DNA from: Sphagnum compactum
Taxonomy: Eukaryota
Assembly (NCBI GenBank): GCA_965153455.1
Contig: OZ234494.1
Coordinates: 1,984,001 to 2,048,000 of the forward strand
DNA: 64,000 bases
Direction: 5' to 3'
This document shows, piece after piece, positions 52,671 through 64,000 of the stretch. The notes under the pieces were generated by a model. The model was not told the DNA's origin, did no database searches, and worked only from the letters and a program-made list of their open reading frames with translations. The position numbers were made by a program, and so were the translations under genes. The first letter of the stretch is position 1, and the number at the start of each line of letters is the position of its first letter.

Positions 52671-52989
52671 AAAATGAATTCACCTACAACTAGTAGGAAT
52701 CCAACCCCAAAACATAACAAGAAAGCAATAACACAAAACTCCAAAAAAAACTTGCATAAACACAAAAAGTTGGAAACTAGAAAACTACGTTGTGAAATTT
52801 CAAATCACGAAAGAAAGATTTGAAATCATAAAAACTTGAGTTTATACTCAATTCACAAATTAGTTTAAACATGTTCACACTGAAATTGGTTCACAACCAA
52901 CTACATATTAAACTAAATTAACGTTACTAAACGAAATTAAACATAATTAATTTAAACTTAATTATACAACTAATCATAACCACTTGACA
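52671..52989. repeat. Partial LTR-like repeat at the element's 5' end
   Basis: caaaatgaattcacc...cataaccacttgaca matches 42361-42682. Confidence 0.8.
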
Positions 52990-55436
52990 ATAAACTCCAT
53001 GTCCTACCATTATTCTTACCTTTTTCACATTTTAAAATTGAAGTTTAAATTAAAAGTTAATGATGTATTTAATTATTAAAATATATTCCATAAATCTAGA
53101 GTAAAATCTTACCCAAAATGCTTAAAATTGTATTAGCATCATAGTACACTTACACCATAAGTGTTGCATTTAATTACACATGTTATAATTTTGTTTTTGT
53201 ATTCAACATCATAAATAAAAAAGATTGAGAGGTTTTTAATTAATGTTGGTGGGTTCTTGAATTTCAATAGCTTCAAGTCAAATTATAAACTTAGGTTTTA
53301 AAATCTTTGGACCAAACCTTCCAAGTTTTTTTTGAATTACCATTGAAACCTAATGAAAGAACTAATTTATTTTCAAAATTGAGTTAAAATTTTAATTGTG
53401 GATGTTGTCTTGTTTTAAAAAGGTTTAGGTTCTTTACATACATAAATATAATTTTATTTTAAAATGTATGAACTTGGTTTTACATTTTAAATAAGTTATT
53501 GCATTTGATTAGTTGCACATAATTAATATTACACAATCTTTAACTTAGAACAAGTGTATTAATTTAACAAATAAATTACACAATTGTTTTTGAGGGTGGG
53601 GGTGGGGGGGGGGGGGGGGGTGTGGGGAGGATTTCAATTGTGTGTAATGGAGATGGAATTGAACTTTGTCTTAAACCAAACTAGATCTAAATTGTATGAA
53701 AATAATTGAAATTGAAATTTAAAAAATCCAAAAAACCAATCCCAAGATTGGACTAGAGATTTCATTATAAAAAAAGAAAGTTAAAACTGACCAAACGTTC
53801 CTTTTAAAATGTAAACTTGAACAACAACAATCTCAAGTTCCAACCCATCTATCTACCCATCAATCTATTATGGGGTGAATGCATCTCAAAACTTAGGTGC
53901 TTCCAAGTTCATGGATACAATTCCTCCCCACCCACCCATTCATTTGAGTCCAATTAGAAAGTGTCTAAACTTTGGGAAGAAGGTGGGTAGCACCTAGCAA
54001 CCCTAATAAAAATGATGCTCATGAATTACATGTAATGAATGAATCAATTATCGATACATTGCGCTTTGGAATTCCCCCTTGGAAAAGCTTCTTTTGCCTC
54101 CATAGGCCAACAATTTGTTTTGGGTTGTGGAACACAAGAGGCTTGCTACCCAAGTTGCACATTCTTATGACACAAACTATAAATTCGTATGCACACTTTC
54201 AAACACATGTTATTCATTATAGCACACCATGCCAAAGCTCTATATATGTTTATATATATATTTATACATTCTCTAGATTATCTAGAGTTCATGGTTTCAA
54301 GCGGTTCATTATGTACATAATTCAAACAAAAAAAACATGAAAAAATAAGAAAATTAAAAAGGGTGAAGGGGATATATATATTAAAGTGATAAAACTTCAT
54401 CTCTTTTACCATTATATTTATGACATTCTCATATTTTCAAAATGAAGCTTCAATAATAATTTGAAAAGACTTATTTAAATACTAAAGTACATTGCATAAA
54501 TCCAAAGCTTTTTCCTTGGCCACAAGGTTTTATATAAGTAGATAGGGAGAGAGAGAGAGAGACACACACACACACAAACACACACATCTACTCAATTGGG
54601 AAACAGGTAGGAAGTTATTTGGGGGGTACAAAGTCACTGGAGCTATGATGGTCTAGGCTAGACCTCTAGGAAGTAGTAATAGTTAATAGTACCTTGTGGG
54701 TGTTTCTAGAAGGTCAATTGTTTTAGGGCATACAAAAAAGAATAGAGTAAAGGGGTTTGTGTAGTGAGGAAGATTTTTAAAGAAAGATTTTTATTACCAT
54801 AAGTCAATTCTCGGTGTAGAACATCCCCCTCCGAATACACTAAAATAATTCTTTCAGTTGTTGAAACAATTTTTTAGTGAAAATATCATGTTGAAAAAAT
54901 TGTCACAATTATGGAAGGGTTTTGGTATGAATAATCTTGTTAAACCGATACGACATTTATTATGGTAGACTTAAAGAAAATCATAAAATATATATCAAAA
55001 TTTCAAGTATAATAATAATAATAATAATAATTTATTTTATTTTATTTTTGAAAAAGAACAATTATGCGGTTTTGTGAATGTGGAAGCTGACCCTAAGCTA
55101 AGGGAATCTATTATGCAACGATGGGTGGGGCTCAACTTGGTGCTTGGTGTGCACGCAATTGTGGTGGGCCTCCCTTTGCCACCCATCCATAGTTGAATTG
55201 TACGCACATGCTTTTCAAAAACATTATTGGTTCCCATCAGTTTATAAGTATATCCGGGCAAACTTTTTGTAGGACTGTGGACCTCCCAAACACTTTGTGA
55301 AAAGGAGAGCCTCTTTTTAGGGTTACGTATTTAACTTATTGGCTATCCCTGTAAAGGGAGAGAGATGTAGTTTTTCATTTTGGTCCCACACACATTTTGA
55401 AGGTATGTTGGGCAGGTGTTCACTCGGAGTTGATTT

Positions 55437-55438
<2 letters not shown>

Positions 55439-55472
<34 letters not shown>
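55439..55472 (+). repeat. Long poly-G tract
   Basis: An uninterrupted G run of about 34 nt; other G/C runs near 15810, 19050, 34522 and 53600. Confidence 0.9.
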
Positions 55473-56645
55473 CTTCGTGGAACATTTCTTATTTTCACCA
55501 CAAGCTGGGTTGGCCGAATGTTGAAAATCGAGTTGGGTAACCAATTGGGTCAGGTGGGCAAAGGGTGTTGGAAATTGACCTGCTAAGTATCAAAAACTTT
55601 CAGAACAGGGCTCCAGATCCTACCTGCATAACATTAAGTTTGGAAATGTTTCATCGTACCCCAGTTGGTATAATAAAGTTATCCGTAAAGTCACCCTCTC
55701 TTTCACCCCCATCCCCTCTTTTGGTGGTTTCCCCAAAGTAAGGAAATTTTATTAAATCTCAGAATGAAATGCTGAAACTGAGCATTTAATGTACTTAATT
55801 ATGCTTATAAATGTCATTATTTACCTAATAATAACAGCATTTACAAGCTTAGTCGCAATTACAAATATGATGGCACAAGGCGCTCTAATCCTCTATTTTG
55901 TTAGAATGACAAAGCCATACCTTTTTAATGTTCGAGAATAATTATATTAGTTGTACAGGTAGGAGCAGTGAAAATATATATGTAGCAGCAGAGCAGTGGA
56001 GGCGCTCAGGAAGAAGGAAAGAGGGGATGAAACTCAGTTTACCACCAAAATTCGTGAAAAAACTAGTTTGGGTCCCTGTTATTTCGTTTTGTAAAATTTC
56101 ACTAGTTAAGCATTTGATGCCCTATTAGGCCGAAACTGACCGTTCTCGCCCCCTGATCGCCTTACTGATAAGTTTAATATCACTTTGAGGAAAAGTGATT
56201 GAAAACCATGCAATTGAAAATGAAAATTTACAGTGATATTTACAGAAATAATTGGCACCAGTAATAATTTCTGAAACCTTGTGTGACATTAAATTATTAT
56301 TATTATTATTTTCAAATACCTTGCCTAGAGGGTTTTTTTTTCAAATTCCTCATGTAGGTGCACTGGCTACGATCCTCCGCATTAATTAGCAGTAAATGCC
56401 AATTGTCCTGGTGGAGTAGACTTTTTTTGGAATCCTGCCTATTTCTGGCGACCTACATGAACACACTGTCTAAATCTGGCCCCTTCTAAGTTTTTTTTTT
56501 TCCCTCAAGATATGGCGATTTTTCAAAAGAAAATTTCAAAACGATTCGCCAGCCTCTTTTTTTGTCGTCAGGTTGGGAAAATTTGTTTCGCCACAAAAAA
56601 TAACACTGCTCACCTAGCTGTATATTGGAAAAATTAAAATCCAAA

Positions 56646-57111
56646 TCATTCTATGAAGGAAGGTAGTTTGTTTTGTTTTGTTTTATTTTGTAGTCATGAG
56701 ATCCACAAAACTGGGGTGCTTTAGATTGTGTTTTGGGTGTCTTCGGAAGGCTCTTGCCTACGAGGAGGGGTGCATGGGCTTGGTTCCGTGACATTTGGAC
56801 TTATGGTGCGAAAGTTAGTTATTGAATATTGAATGATTTCTTCACTGAAAATTAAATTAAAAAAATCGTAGCTGAAAATTTCGGAGGAATTGGAATGTGC
56901 CTTTGGTGTTGTTGGAAAGATCTCGATGAGAGCAGGATTTAATGGAATTTATTTTTGATAAGATTTTGAATTCAGAATGCGGGAAATATTGATTTCTAAC
57001 TGTGATTTCTGCTGCTGAAAATTCAAATAAATTCCAAAAAACCAGGTTTTGAAAGGAAAAATCAGCTGAGGACATGGTAACACTTGGGCCCAACGGCAAA
57101 GGCCACACTAG
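56646..57111 (+). mobile_element. Probable non-autonomous Helitron
   Basis: The 3' end has a short GC hairpin (ggccc..ggcc, ~57087-57104) followed by CTAG|T at 57108-57112. The 5' TC start is uncertain. Confidence 0.45.
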
Positions 57112-57174
57112 TCGACACTAGTTTAAAATAGTGTCAGGTGAGTACCATAACCATCCATTCCTGTTTGTGTTAGT

Positions 57175-57450
57175 AAGAAATGAATTGCTTTGTTGAGGCT
57201 GTGATTTGGGGAAGGTTGAGGATGAAGAGCACTTGCTTTTTGTTTGTCCAAATACACAGAAAGTTAGGGAACGTTTTGGTTCGACTCCACCCCTCACCCA
57301 CACTAGCACTCTTGCTGAACTCATTCAGATTACGAACACGGTCGCCCTGGCCAAGTTTGTGGCATGCTGCCAGTACCAGAGGACAATCTGTCCTCATAAT
57401 CTACCTTTCGTCTAATGGACTCTCTGGTCCCAAACGGACGTAAAATTGTA
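57175..57450 (+). mobile_element. 3'-terminal LINE fragment with C-terminal zinc-knuckle motif
   Basis: C..GKVEDEEHLLFVCP (ORF 57206-57415) matches the E..H...C knuckle typical of LINE ORF2 C-termini. Confidence 0.6.
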
Positions 57451-57713
57451 AACAGTAAACAAGTGGAACTGGGTCTGTTTTTTCGGAATTGGAACTGGAA
57501 CAAGATTTTACACCCAACCAGCCTCTTTGTAAGTTCCTTATGGTAATGCCTCCAATAGTGAGGTCCTGAAATCGGGGTCCTGATTTGGCGTGCGAGTTGG
57601 TTATCACGGGACGTGGTCCATGTGACGACACCCTGTCGTTGTAGACACGGCAAACAAACGGCGCTCACAACCACCAACAGTCGGTGGCCACTGCCCACCC
57701 ACCCAGCAGCCCC

Positions 57714-57980
57714 TTTTTTTTGTATAGCCAGAATGTTATCTTAAAATTCAAAAAGTGCTAAAATCAAGAGCTTTTTGAGATTATCAATAGCCATAATTCG
57801 ATCAAAAGCTAAGAAAAGTTGTGAGATTTCTATAGACGGTTCAAAGTAGGTAGCCAAAAATGTAAGAAGGATGCTTTTAAAAAAAACATTTCTGTCATAT
57901 TTAACTTGTAGCCAAATCTGGCTAAATCTTCCTTTGGATCCTTGCCCACTTTAGCTACTACTGTATCTTTGGCTACACAA
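57714..57980 (+). repeat. Copy of the short dispersed repeat seen at 19075-19350
   Basis: tatagccagaa..aaagtgctaaaat..gagatt.tcaatagccataattcga..gtaggtagccaaaaat..tggctaaatc..ccactttagcta. Confidence 0.75.
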
Positions 57981-59921
57981 TGGAAACCAAATCCCTAAAT
58001 TTGACGATTTGTTTTCCCCCTCATTTCTGGCGACTGGAAAACCTTGAAAATCACTTCATAATTTTGAATTTTTATTTAGATTTTTGGCGAAAAAGAATGC
58101 TGTTGCCATCTACCCACCCTCTCACCCACGCCACTGCCGTCGCCGTCTCTCGCCGGTGCCTTGCTTCCTACGTTACTGCGTTTGCACGCCAGGCCCCCTG
58201 CCGCCCGCAGCGTCCATGCATCCCCGGAAGAAGCTTGCAGCAGCGGCGATGGCGACTGCGCCTTCCCTCGGTCAACTCCTCCTCGTCGATCGCGCTTTTT
58301 CTGCTTCGTTGTTTTCTGTAGGAACTCTATGACACCATGATCAGATGCTTTCTATTCTTTTGGTTTTTTAGCAATTTGAGCTCGCGCTAGGGTAATGTTC
58401 GGTTAAGGGTTTGGTCGGTAGCTGGGCAATCGCAGAAATAGAAAGCGAGGGTTTGAGGATGCATGGGTGAAGAACAGGAAAGAAGAAGAAGCTTGGAGTG
58501 GTTGTCATGCATTAGGGAATAAAGCAGAGAATCTCTTAACTGCTATGGCCGCCGGGATCAGTATGTGTTTTTTGGTTCAGAAACTACTATGATGATGATG
58601 ATGATGATGATGAGGAAGAATCAAAAGCCTTGGTGAAGGAAAGCGGGATACATACCCTGCATATGAGTTTGTATTGCTTCTTGTTCTTTCAAACCCTAAT
58701 AGGTTGCGACGCCAGTAGTGGAGCTTGAGGAAGAAGAAGAAGAAGAAGAGAAGGAGAACATGGGAGTGTTTTTTTGCTGATTTGTGGTAGGGAACACTTT
58801 TTGTACTACTGTTGTTGTGGAGAACACAAAGGGAGAGATACCGTAGTAGGGTTATTTGCGCAAAGTTTTTTGTTAGGGGAAGAAGAGCAAAGGGGGCATG
58901 CCTTCGCACCAGTCTTTGCCTCTTTTCATTAGAGGTATGCTGTTTTTGTTGTTTGTTGTTGTTGATGACCAGTGAGGGTTGTGAAGGCCTTGTTTTATTC
59001 ACTCCAGTGATGACCCTGGAGAGGGAAGAGGGCTCACCAGGCTTCTTTTGTTTTTCCCCCCCCCCTCTCCACTGTGCCCCTCCACTTGCACTTGTTTGAC
59101 GAAAGAGTATCCGGCTGGCTGACCTTTGTGGCTCTCGTTGTTTGTCTTTGTTTTGTATGTGTAACAAGCATTGCTGCATGTCAGCATGAGGATGTGGCAT
59201 GGGTTTTATCACATGTCGCATATTTATATTTGGGTTTTGTTTCTTGAATAGGTTTTTTTTATCATGCCTCCTTTTTCAGAAGGGTCTGCTGCCTACTGAA
59301 GGCAGTTTTGGTGCTGTTTTGTGTCAGCTATGCCCATAGTTTTATTTTTGCTTGTGGAATGTGGTCTCTTACATCCCACTACAATTTCATATGTGTCATT
59401 GCAGATGGCAAACTTAAGAATTTGGGGGAGGGCGATGTGGGAAAGTTTGTATAGTGCAGATAGAGTAGTACCCAACAAGGATGTGATTATGTTTTGTTCA
59501 TATGCACCTGACAATACAATTGGTGGTGTCTTTCTGACATGTCGTGGTTTTTCTTCTCTCCCCTTTCTTTTTTGCCAATGAGGTAAATTCAAGTCTCACA
59601 GTATGTTCTCCTTTGTATTGATAGGTGCCTCTTTATGAAGGCGGATTTTCCTGCTCTCAATTCTGAGCAAGTGTAAGTTTGTTTTCCACTCATGAGCCTG
59701 TCAGTGTATAGCAAAGACTAGTTCTATGGCATGCTATTGCAACATGATTGTTTTGCTTTTTACCTATGAGGATAAGAACTTTTCACATACATGGGTGGCA
59801 GGCTGTTTGACTCTTTATGAATATGTGTGTGCATGTTTTTTGGGTCCCCATACAAAGATGTGATGGGTTTTCTAACAGGATTGTTTTCCTGTTCTGCAGG
59901 TTTTTCACCAGCTACTGGTAG

Positions 59922-62348
59922 ATGGTTGTAAATATAATTGTATTGGTAGTTCTGCTTTTGAAATTAGTCAATTTGTATATGATAATGGAAGTTAGTTCCA
60001 ATGGAAATTCAGCTCACAATGCCACTCCTCCTCCTCATACTTTACCTAGTTCTGAACACAGCAGGAAACGGAAGCAAGTATGCAAGGTTGCTACCACTCT
60101 ACCTGCCTTTGCACCAGCAAATGGAGCTAAATGCGTACAGAAAGTTAGTAAACGAACCAGAGATGACAACCTCGCCAATCAGGACTCTATGGAGCCAGCT
60201 TGTCTGCACGGCAGGTTTGGTAAGAGAGTCTCTGTCAGAGAAAAGCAGTATAGTTGTACAAAGGTGTGTCCACTATCTTGGAGTAATGCAATCTCTGAAC
60301 AATGGACGTGCCTCAAAAATGAGGAAGGATTTGCAGATATCAAGGCCAAGCTTGTGCAAGGACTTGCTCTGCTTGAGTCAGACTCCGTAATGCCACAGAT
60401 CTATCAAGACTCTGTTCTGAATGAACAAGCACAGTGTCTTGAAAGACAAGAGCAGCTGCTTAGACAGTCTCAAGGTGATGCTAATGTGCAATTTGCATGG
60501 CCTTCCCTAAAAAATGAGGAAGAATTTGCAGATGTCAAGGCCAAGCTTATCAAAGGACTTGGTATTTTCAGTTCAGATGCCCTGATAACAGGGATCTATC
60601 GAGATTCAAGTTCAAAAGGACAAGCACGGCAGCAAGCCTTTGAACGACAGGAAGAGCTGACAAGAGAAGCTCGAGGTGATGCAAATGTGCAGTATGCATG
60701 GCATGGAACTTCAAAGACAGGGGTGTCAGGAATAATGCTACATGGCTTTGGACAGCCTAGGACACCAAAGAATGGCTCAGCTTATGGTGTTGGAGTTTAT
60801 TTGGCCCCAGAAAATCATGCTGATGTCAGGTGGAAATGTCTTGCTTATGCATTTGAGATGTATTCATGCATATGTTCTCTATTTTTTTGAGCCAAGGCCC
60901 TTGCCTTCACTTTGTGGGCCAGCTCTTTGTATAATGAAAGGGAGGTGCATTGGATGGATGGCTTTGGTTTGAGCCTCTTGGCATGATGAGACTGATCTAT
61001 GAATTGCCTGTGTATAGTGCTGTGTATGCAGATAATGATGAAAATGGAGAGCAGCACATGTTGCTGTGTCGGGTTGTATTAGGGAGGCCAGAGCCTGTTA
61101 AGCAAGGCTCTGATCAGTTCCACCCTAGCAGTGAGCACTTTGACACAGGTGCAGATGACCTTTCCGCTCCAAAGCGACTTATTGTGTGGAGTACCCACAT
61201 GAACACTCACATTCTCCCACTCTATGCTGTCAGTTTCAAGCTGTCTCCTAAATGGCATGGTAAGTTCTGGATTGGTTTTTGATAGCTGCTTGTCAAAGAA
61301 GTTAGTTTTCTGATTTTTAAAGTTAATTTTTCTTTGGGTTGGTATTTATTTTTTGGTGACTATCTGGACAAGGCATAATTTGTTTTTTTTGGCAGATTTC
61401 AGTCCCAGCACCTGCTGTTGAATTGAAGGGATTCATGCAAAGGTATCTGTTAGTCCTGTATCTTTGCCTTTTAAGTCTTATACACAACAGCTGGCTAAGC
61501 CAAGTGATCTGGTTGCAGAGTTGATGGCAGAATTCAAGGGAAAGCAGCAGGGAGGAATCTTCAGAACATGGAATGATGTTCCGATGAAGTCTCCATGTGT
61601 TTACATCAAGGTTTGTCTTAAGTTTATCAATGGTCAGTTTGTCACTTCCTGTAGCATGTATGGACAGGTATTTGATCAAGTTATTGTGTTGGATGGTGTA
61701 CTTGATTTTCTCAGCATGCCTTCTGGACAGGCATTCATACCCTTGTTGTTGGTCAAGGTGGTGGCTGTAGGGTCTTTTGCAAGCTACTGCAGTACATCTG
61801 AGTGTATGAGGTGATCATTAACATGTGTTAAATGGTTTTCTAACATGAAGCATACACTCGCTGGGCTGCAGTTGTAGCCTCTGGATTACAAGTGGCTCTT
61901 TGGTTGGGATGATAGCTTTTTTGTGAGATGAAATAGTGTTTCTGTTGTGCAGACTCAAGAGCCATCAGAAGAATGGTATGACCATGTGGGTGGAATTCAA
62001 CAACAGGTTCTTGGTCCAACATCCCCCTGCGTCTCATTCCCATGCCTTTTTGTCATTTTGCGACAGCAACTTGAACCAGAAGACGTCTATTTCCTGGAGC
62101 AGCAGTATGTTGCATTCAAGGTGGTTACGAAACTTTTCATGGTTCAAAATTGTTAACACTGTTCATCTCCCTGGAGGTGTCCCACTAATTCATAAGTCTC
62201 CTGTAGGTGGAATGTGTTTAATGAGTTGTATCCTTTGATTTCTCAGGCTGGTAGGCTCCCGCGGGAACAGCTCATCAAAGTTTGTCGAGATGTGGCTGGA
62301 GATGCACTCCTGGTTAATGCTATTCGACAGCTTAACAAGTGCCAAAAG
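59922..62348 (+). CDS. RCD1/SRO-family protein (PARP-like domain + RST domain); start and last exon uncertain
   Basis: Exons 59922 (or ATG 59979/59985)-60829, 61018-61259, 61519-61610, 61953-62120, 62247-62348, then either 62996-63016 or 63878-63904. Motifs GDANVQYAWHGT, YGVGVYLAP, DENGEQHMLLCRVVLG, QFHPSSE.FDTG.DD...PK..IVWSTHMNTHILP; RST PTSPCVSFPCLF...REQLIK..R.VAGD.LL..AI. Confidence 0.9.
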
Positions 62349-64000
62349 GTTTTACTTCATTCATTTGTGGTGTGAGATTTGGTTGAATTGGTATATTGTT
62401 TTATGTGCATATAGTATTCATTCTTGTGTCTGGGGTATTCAATGAAGGATAGGGGTGCTTGGGCTTACAGGCCAAGCAACAAGAGCTGTTGAAGATCAAA
62501 TCTGTGATGTCTCTATCTTCTCCAATTTCACCAAGGTTTTCATAGCTTGGTCTCTGACCCTCAAGCTGACAGGTGTCCATTGTCAAAGGTGAGCATCTAC
62601 TCATTTCCCTACGGCTTTGATGATACTCCTCTGCTGGGTACATGCTTGTCTTCTACTACTGTTTGTTGCACCTTCTCCATCTTATGAACTATTCTCACAG
62701 AAGATAAGCATGACTCTTGGGTGACCCCATGAACCTGTCATGGCTGGATTGACCACTATGGGTATATCCATCATGATCCTATTAGTTAGTGGTAATGGCC
62801 CATAACCATCTGCCAGGTGGCCATGGGCCCTTACCACTATGCTTGATGAAGTAAATAAAACTATGAGCTCAGTATTGTGTACCAGTGTTAACTGCTGTTG
62901 AGTGATACACATTGAGTTGTTTGTTAGTGCCTCATCTTTTGCTATAGTCTAAGAAAGCTGTTGACTGATGGAGGATCATTGACAATTTGTGCAGGTAAGT
63001 CGGGTGGCTGACTGATTTTGTTGTAGCTAAAAAAGGATGTTAGTGTTCTCTGTCCAAATGTTTCTCTGCTTAAAATGCGTGCAGCAATGTTATGCTTCTG
63101 TATGTCGTTAGGCTCAGTGAATTTCTGTAGAGCAGAATTTTTGCTTTCGCTGAAATTGGAATCTGTCGACTAGAATTTTCATTTGCACTTGTTAAATACA
63201 GTTTCCCTTTTATGAATTTTATACAGGTTGTCTTCAGTCGGTCTTGCAAGCATTCAATGATTACTAGTAGCTGTGTCTTTTTATCTCACTTGTACCTCTT
63301 TACATATGAGTTCGATTTTTTGGATCAACTTATCAAATCTAACTCCTTTCCAGTTTTTCTAACTAATTTATCCTCAGTAAAGCGGTTTCTGAGTGCCAAC
63401 TACCATTGATTTCTCTGACTTTATATAGAAAAGGCACACTCTATTATCATAATATACTTTATGAGCTAAATTATACTTCTAATGACTTGGAATTTCTTGG
63501 ATTTCGCAAGATCCCAAGATTCAAAAGGCTTAAAAATTGGCATCATTTTACAACTGTTTGCAGCCAGTCTATGCTGGTATTAATATGATCTGTATGCGTC
63601 AAGTGGATCCACTATTTCAAATTCTACCAGATTTTGTTGTAGCCAAAAGCTAGTTTCCTGGTTTCTTAAGGCTTGGTAGCTCAAATAGTCTTCTGATGTG
63701 AAAGGTTTATACCGAATCAAACCCAGAGGTTTGCTTTTAACAAAGAAAGGTGGTGTTCCCACATCTGCGGTTTTGTCCGCAACTGATCATGCAATTAAAG
63801 TTCTCTGTTTTTCTTCCTATTTTCTCTTTTCCTTTTTTGCTCTATTCATGTTTCCTTGGCTTTACCTTTTCTTTTAGGCTTTGTTGAGCAAGCCAACAGT
63901 CTGACTGTATCTTCCCAGTTACTACCGTCTTGTGACAGAAGTCAGCATGTCAGTTAATGTGTGACATTGATCTGCAACCACTGCTTGGAGCTGATGAGAG

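Larger units (their letters stand above)
42262..52989 (-). mobile_element. Decayed Ty3/gypsy retrotransposon carrying a C5 DNA-methyltransferase-like domain and a PHD finger
   Basis: Minus-strand order: gag-like region with PCSHCNTYGR knuckle (~49140-49190); protease VLLD.NVQPLM (~48125-48160); DNMT-like (~46915-47490); RT (LDLRSNYH, CHINDII; ~45650-46550); RNase H (SYEGECL..VW..YFYGSPFTLVTDHQ; ~45200-45550); integrase (YWWRGM, WSLDFASPL, YVLVMIEHFSK; ~43450-44350); PHD (43029-43163). Terminal repeats at 42262-42780 and 52671-52989. Many stops; no convincing TSD. Confidence 0.85.

Noticed and set aside
42262-52989. DIRS/Ngaro tyrosine-recombinase element
   Set aside because: A DDE integrase and a protease motif are visible and no tyrosine recombinase motif was found, despite the split-repeat-like ends.
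58577-59221. 214-aa minus-strand ORF with poly-His/poly-Phe
   Set aside because: It is a translation of (GAT)n and (GAA)n microsatellites in the SRO 5' region.
1-64000. tRNA, rRNA or snRNA genes
   Set aside because: None were recognised by eye; the only tRNA-related sequence is the 12-nt PBS. A tRNAscan-SE or Infernal run would be needed to exclude them.

Overview
Eukaryotic, intron-rich land-plant nuclear DNA. A moss such as Sphagnum is likely, but this is inferred from gene and repeat style only. Five host genes are supported: a 22-exon alpha-glucan phosphorylase with a transit-peptide-like leader and an N-terminal ACT domain (5194-14227 +); an intronless RraA/HMG-aldolase-like gene (-); a CUSTOS-like small protein; a reticulon B22/B23-like gene; and an RCD1/SRO-family PARP-like + RST gene with an internal ~65-aa duplication. 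A decayed WASHC5/strumpellin fragment, missed by the ORF track, lies behind the CUSTOS-like gene. Much of the rest is transposon-derived: a decayed CRE-like non-LTR element interrupted by a CACTA element; an RTE LINE interrupted by a solo LTR; a structurally complete but inactivated chromovirus (Ty3/gypsy) with two hairpin+PPT modules; and a ~10.7-kb decayed minus-strand Ty3/gypsy element. That last element is the most unusual. It carries a cytosine-5 DNA methyltransferase-like domain between protease and RT, a PHD finger after the integrase, and an X...Y-X-Y terminal repeat layout. All calls were made by eye without tools, so splice models and family assignments need confirmation.
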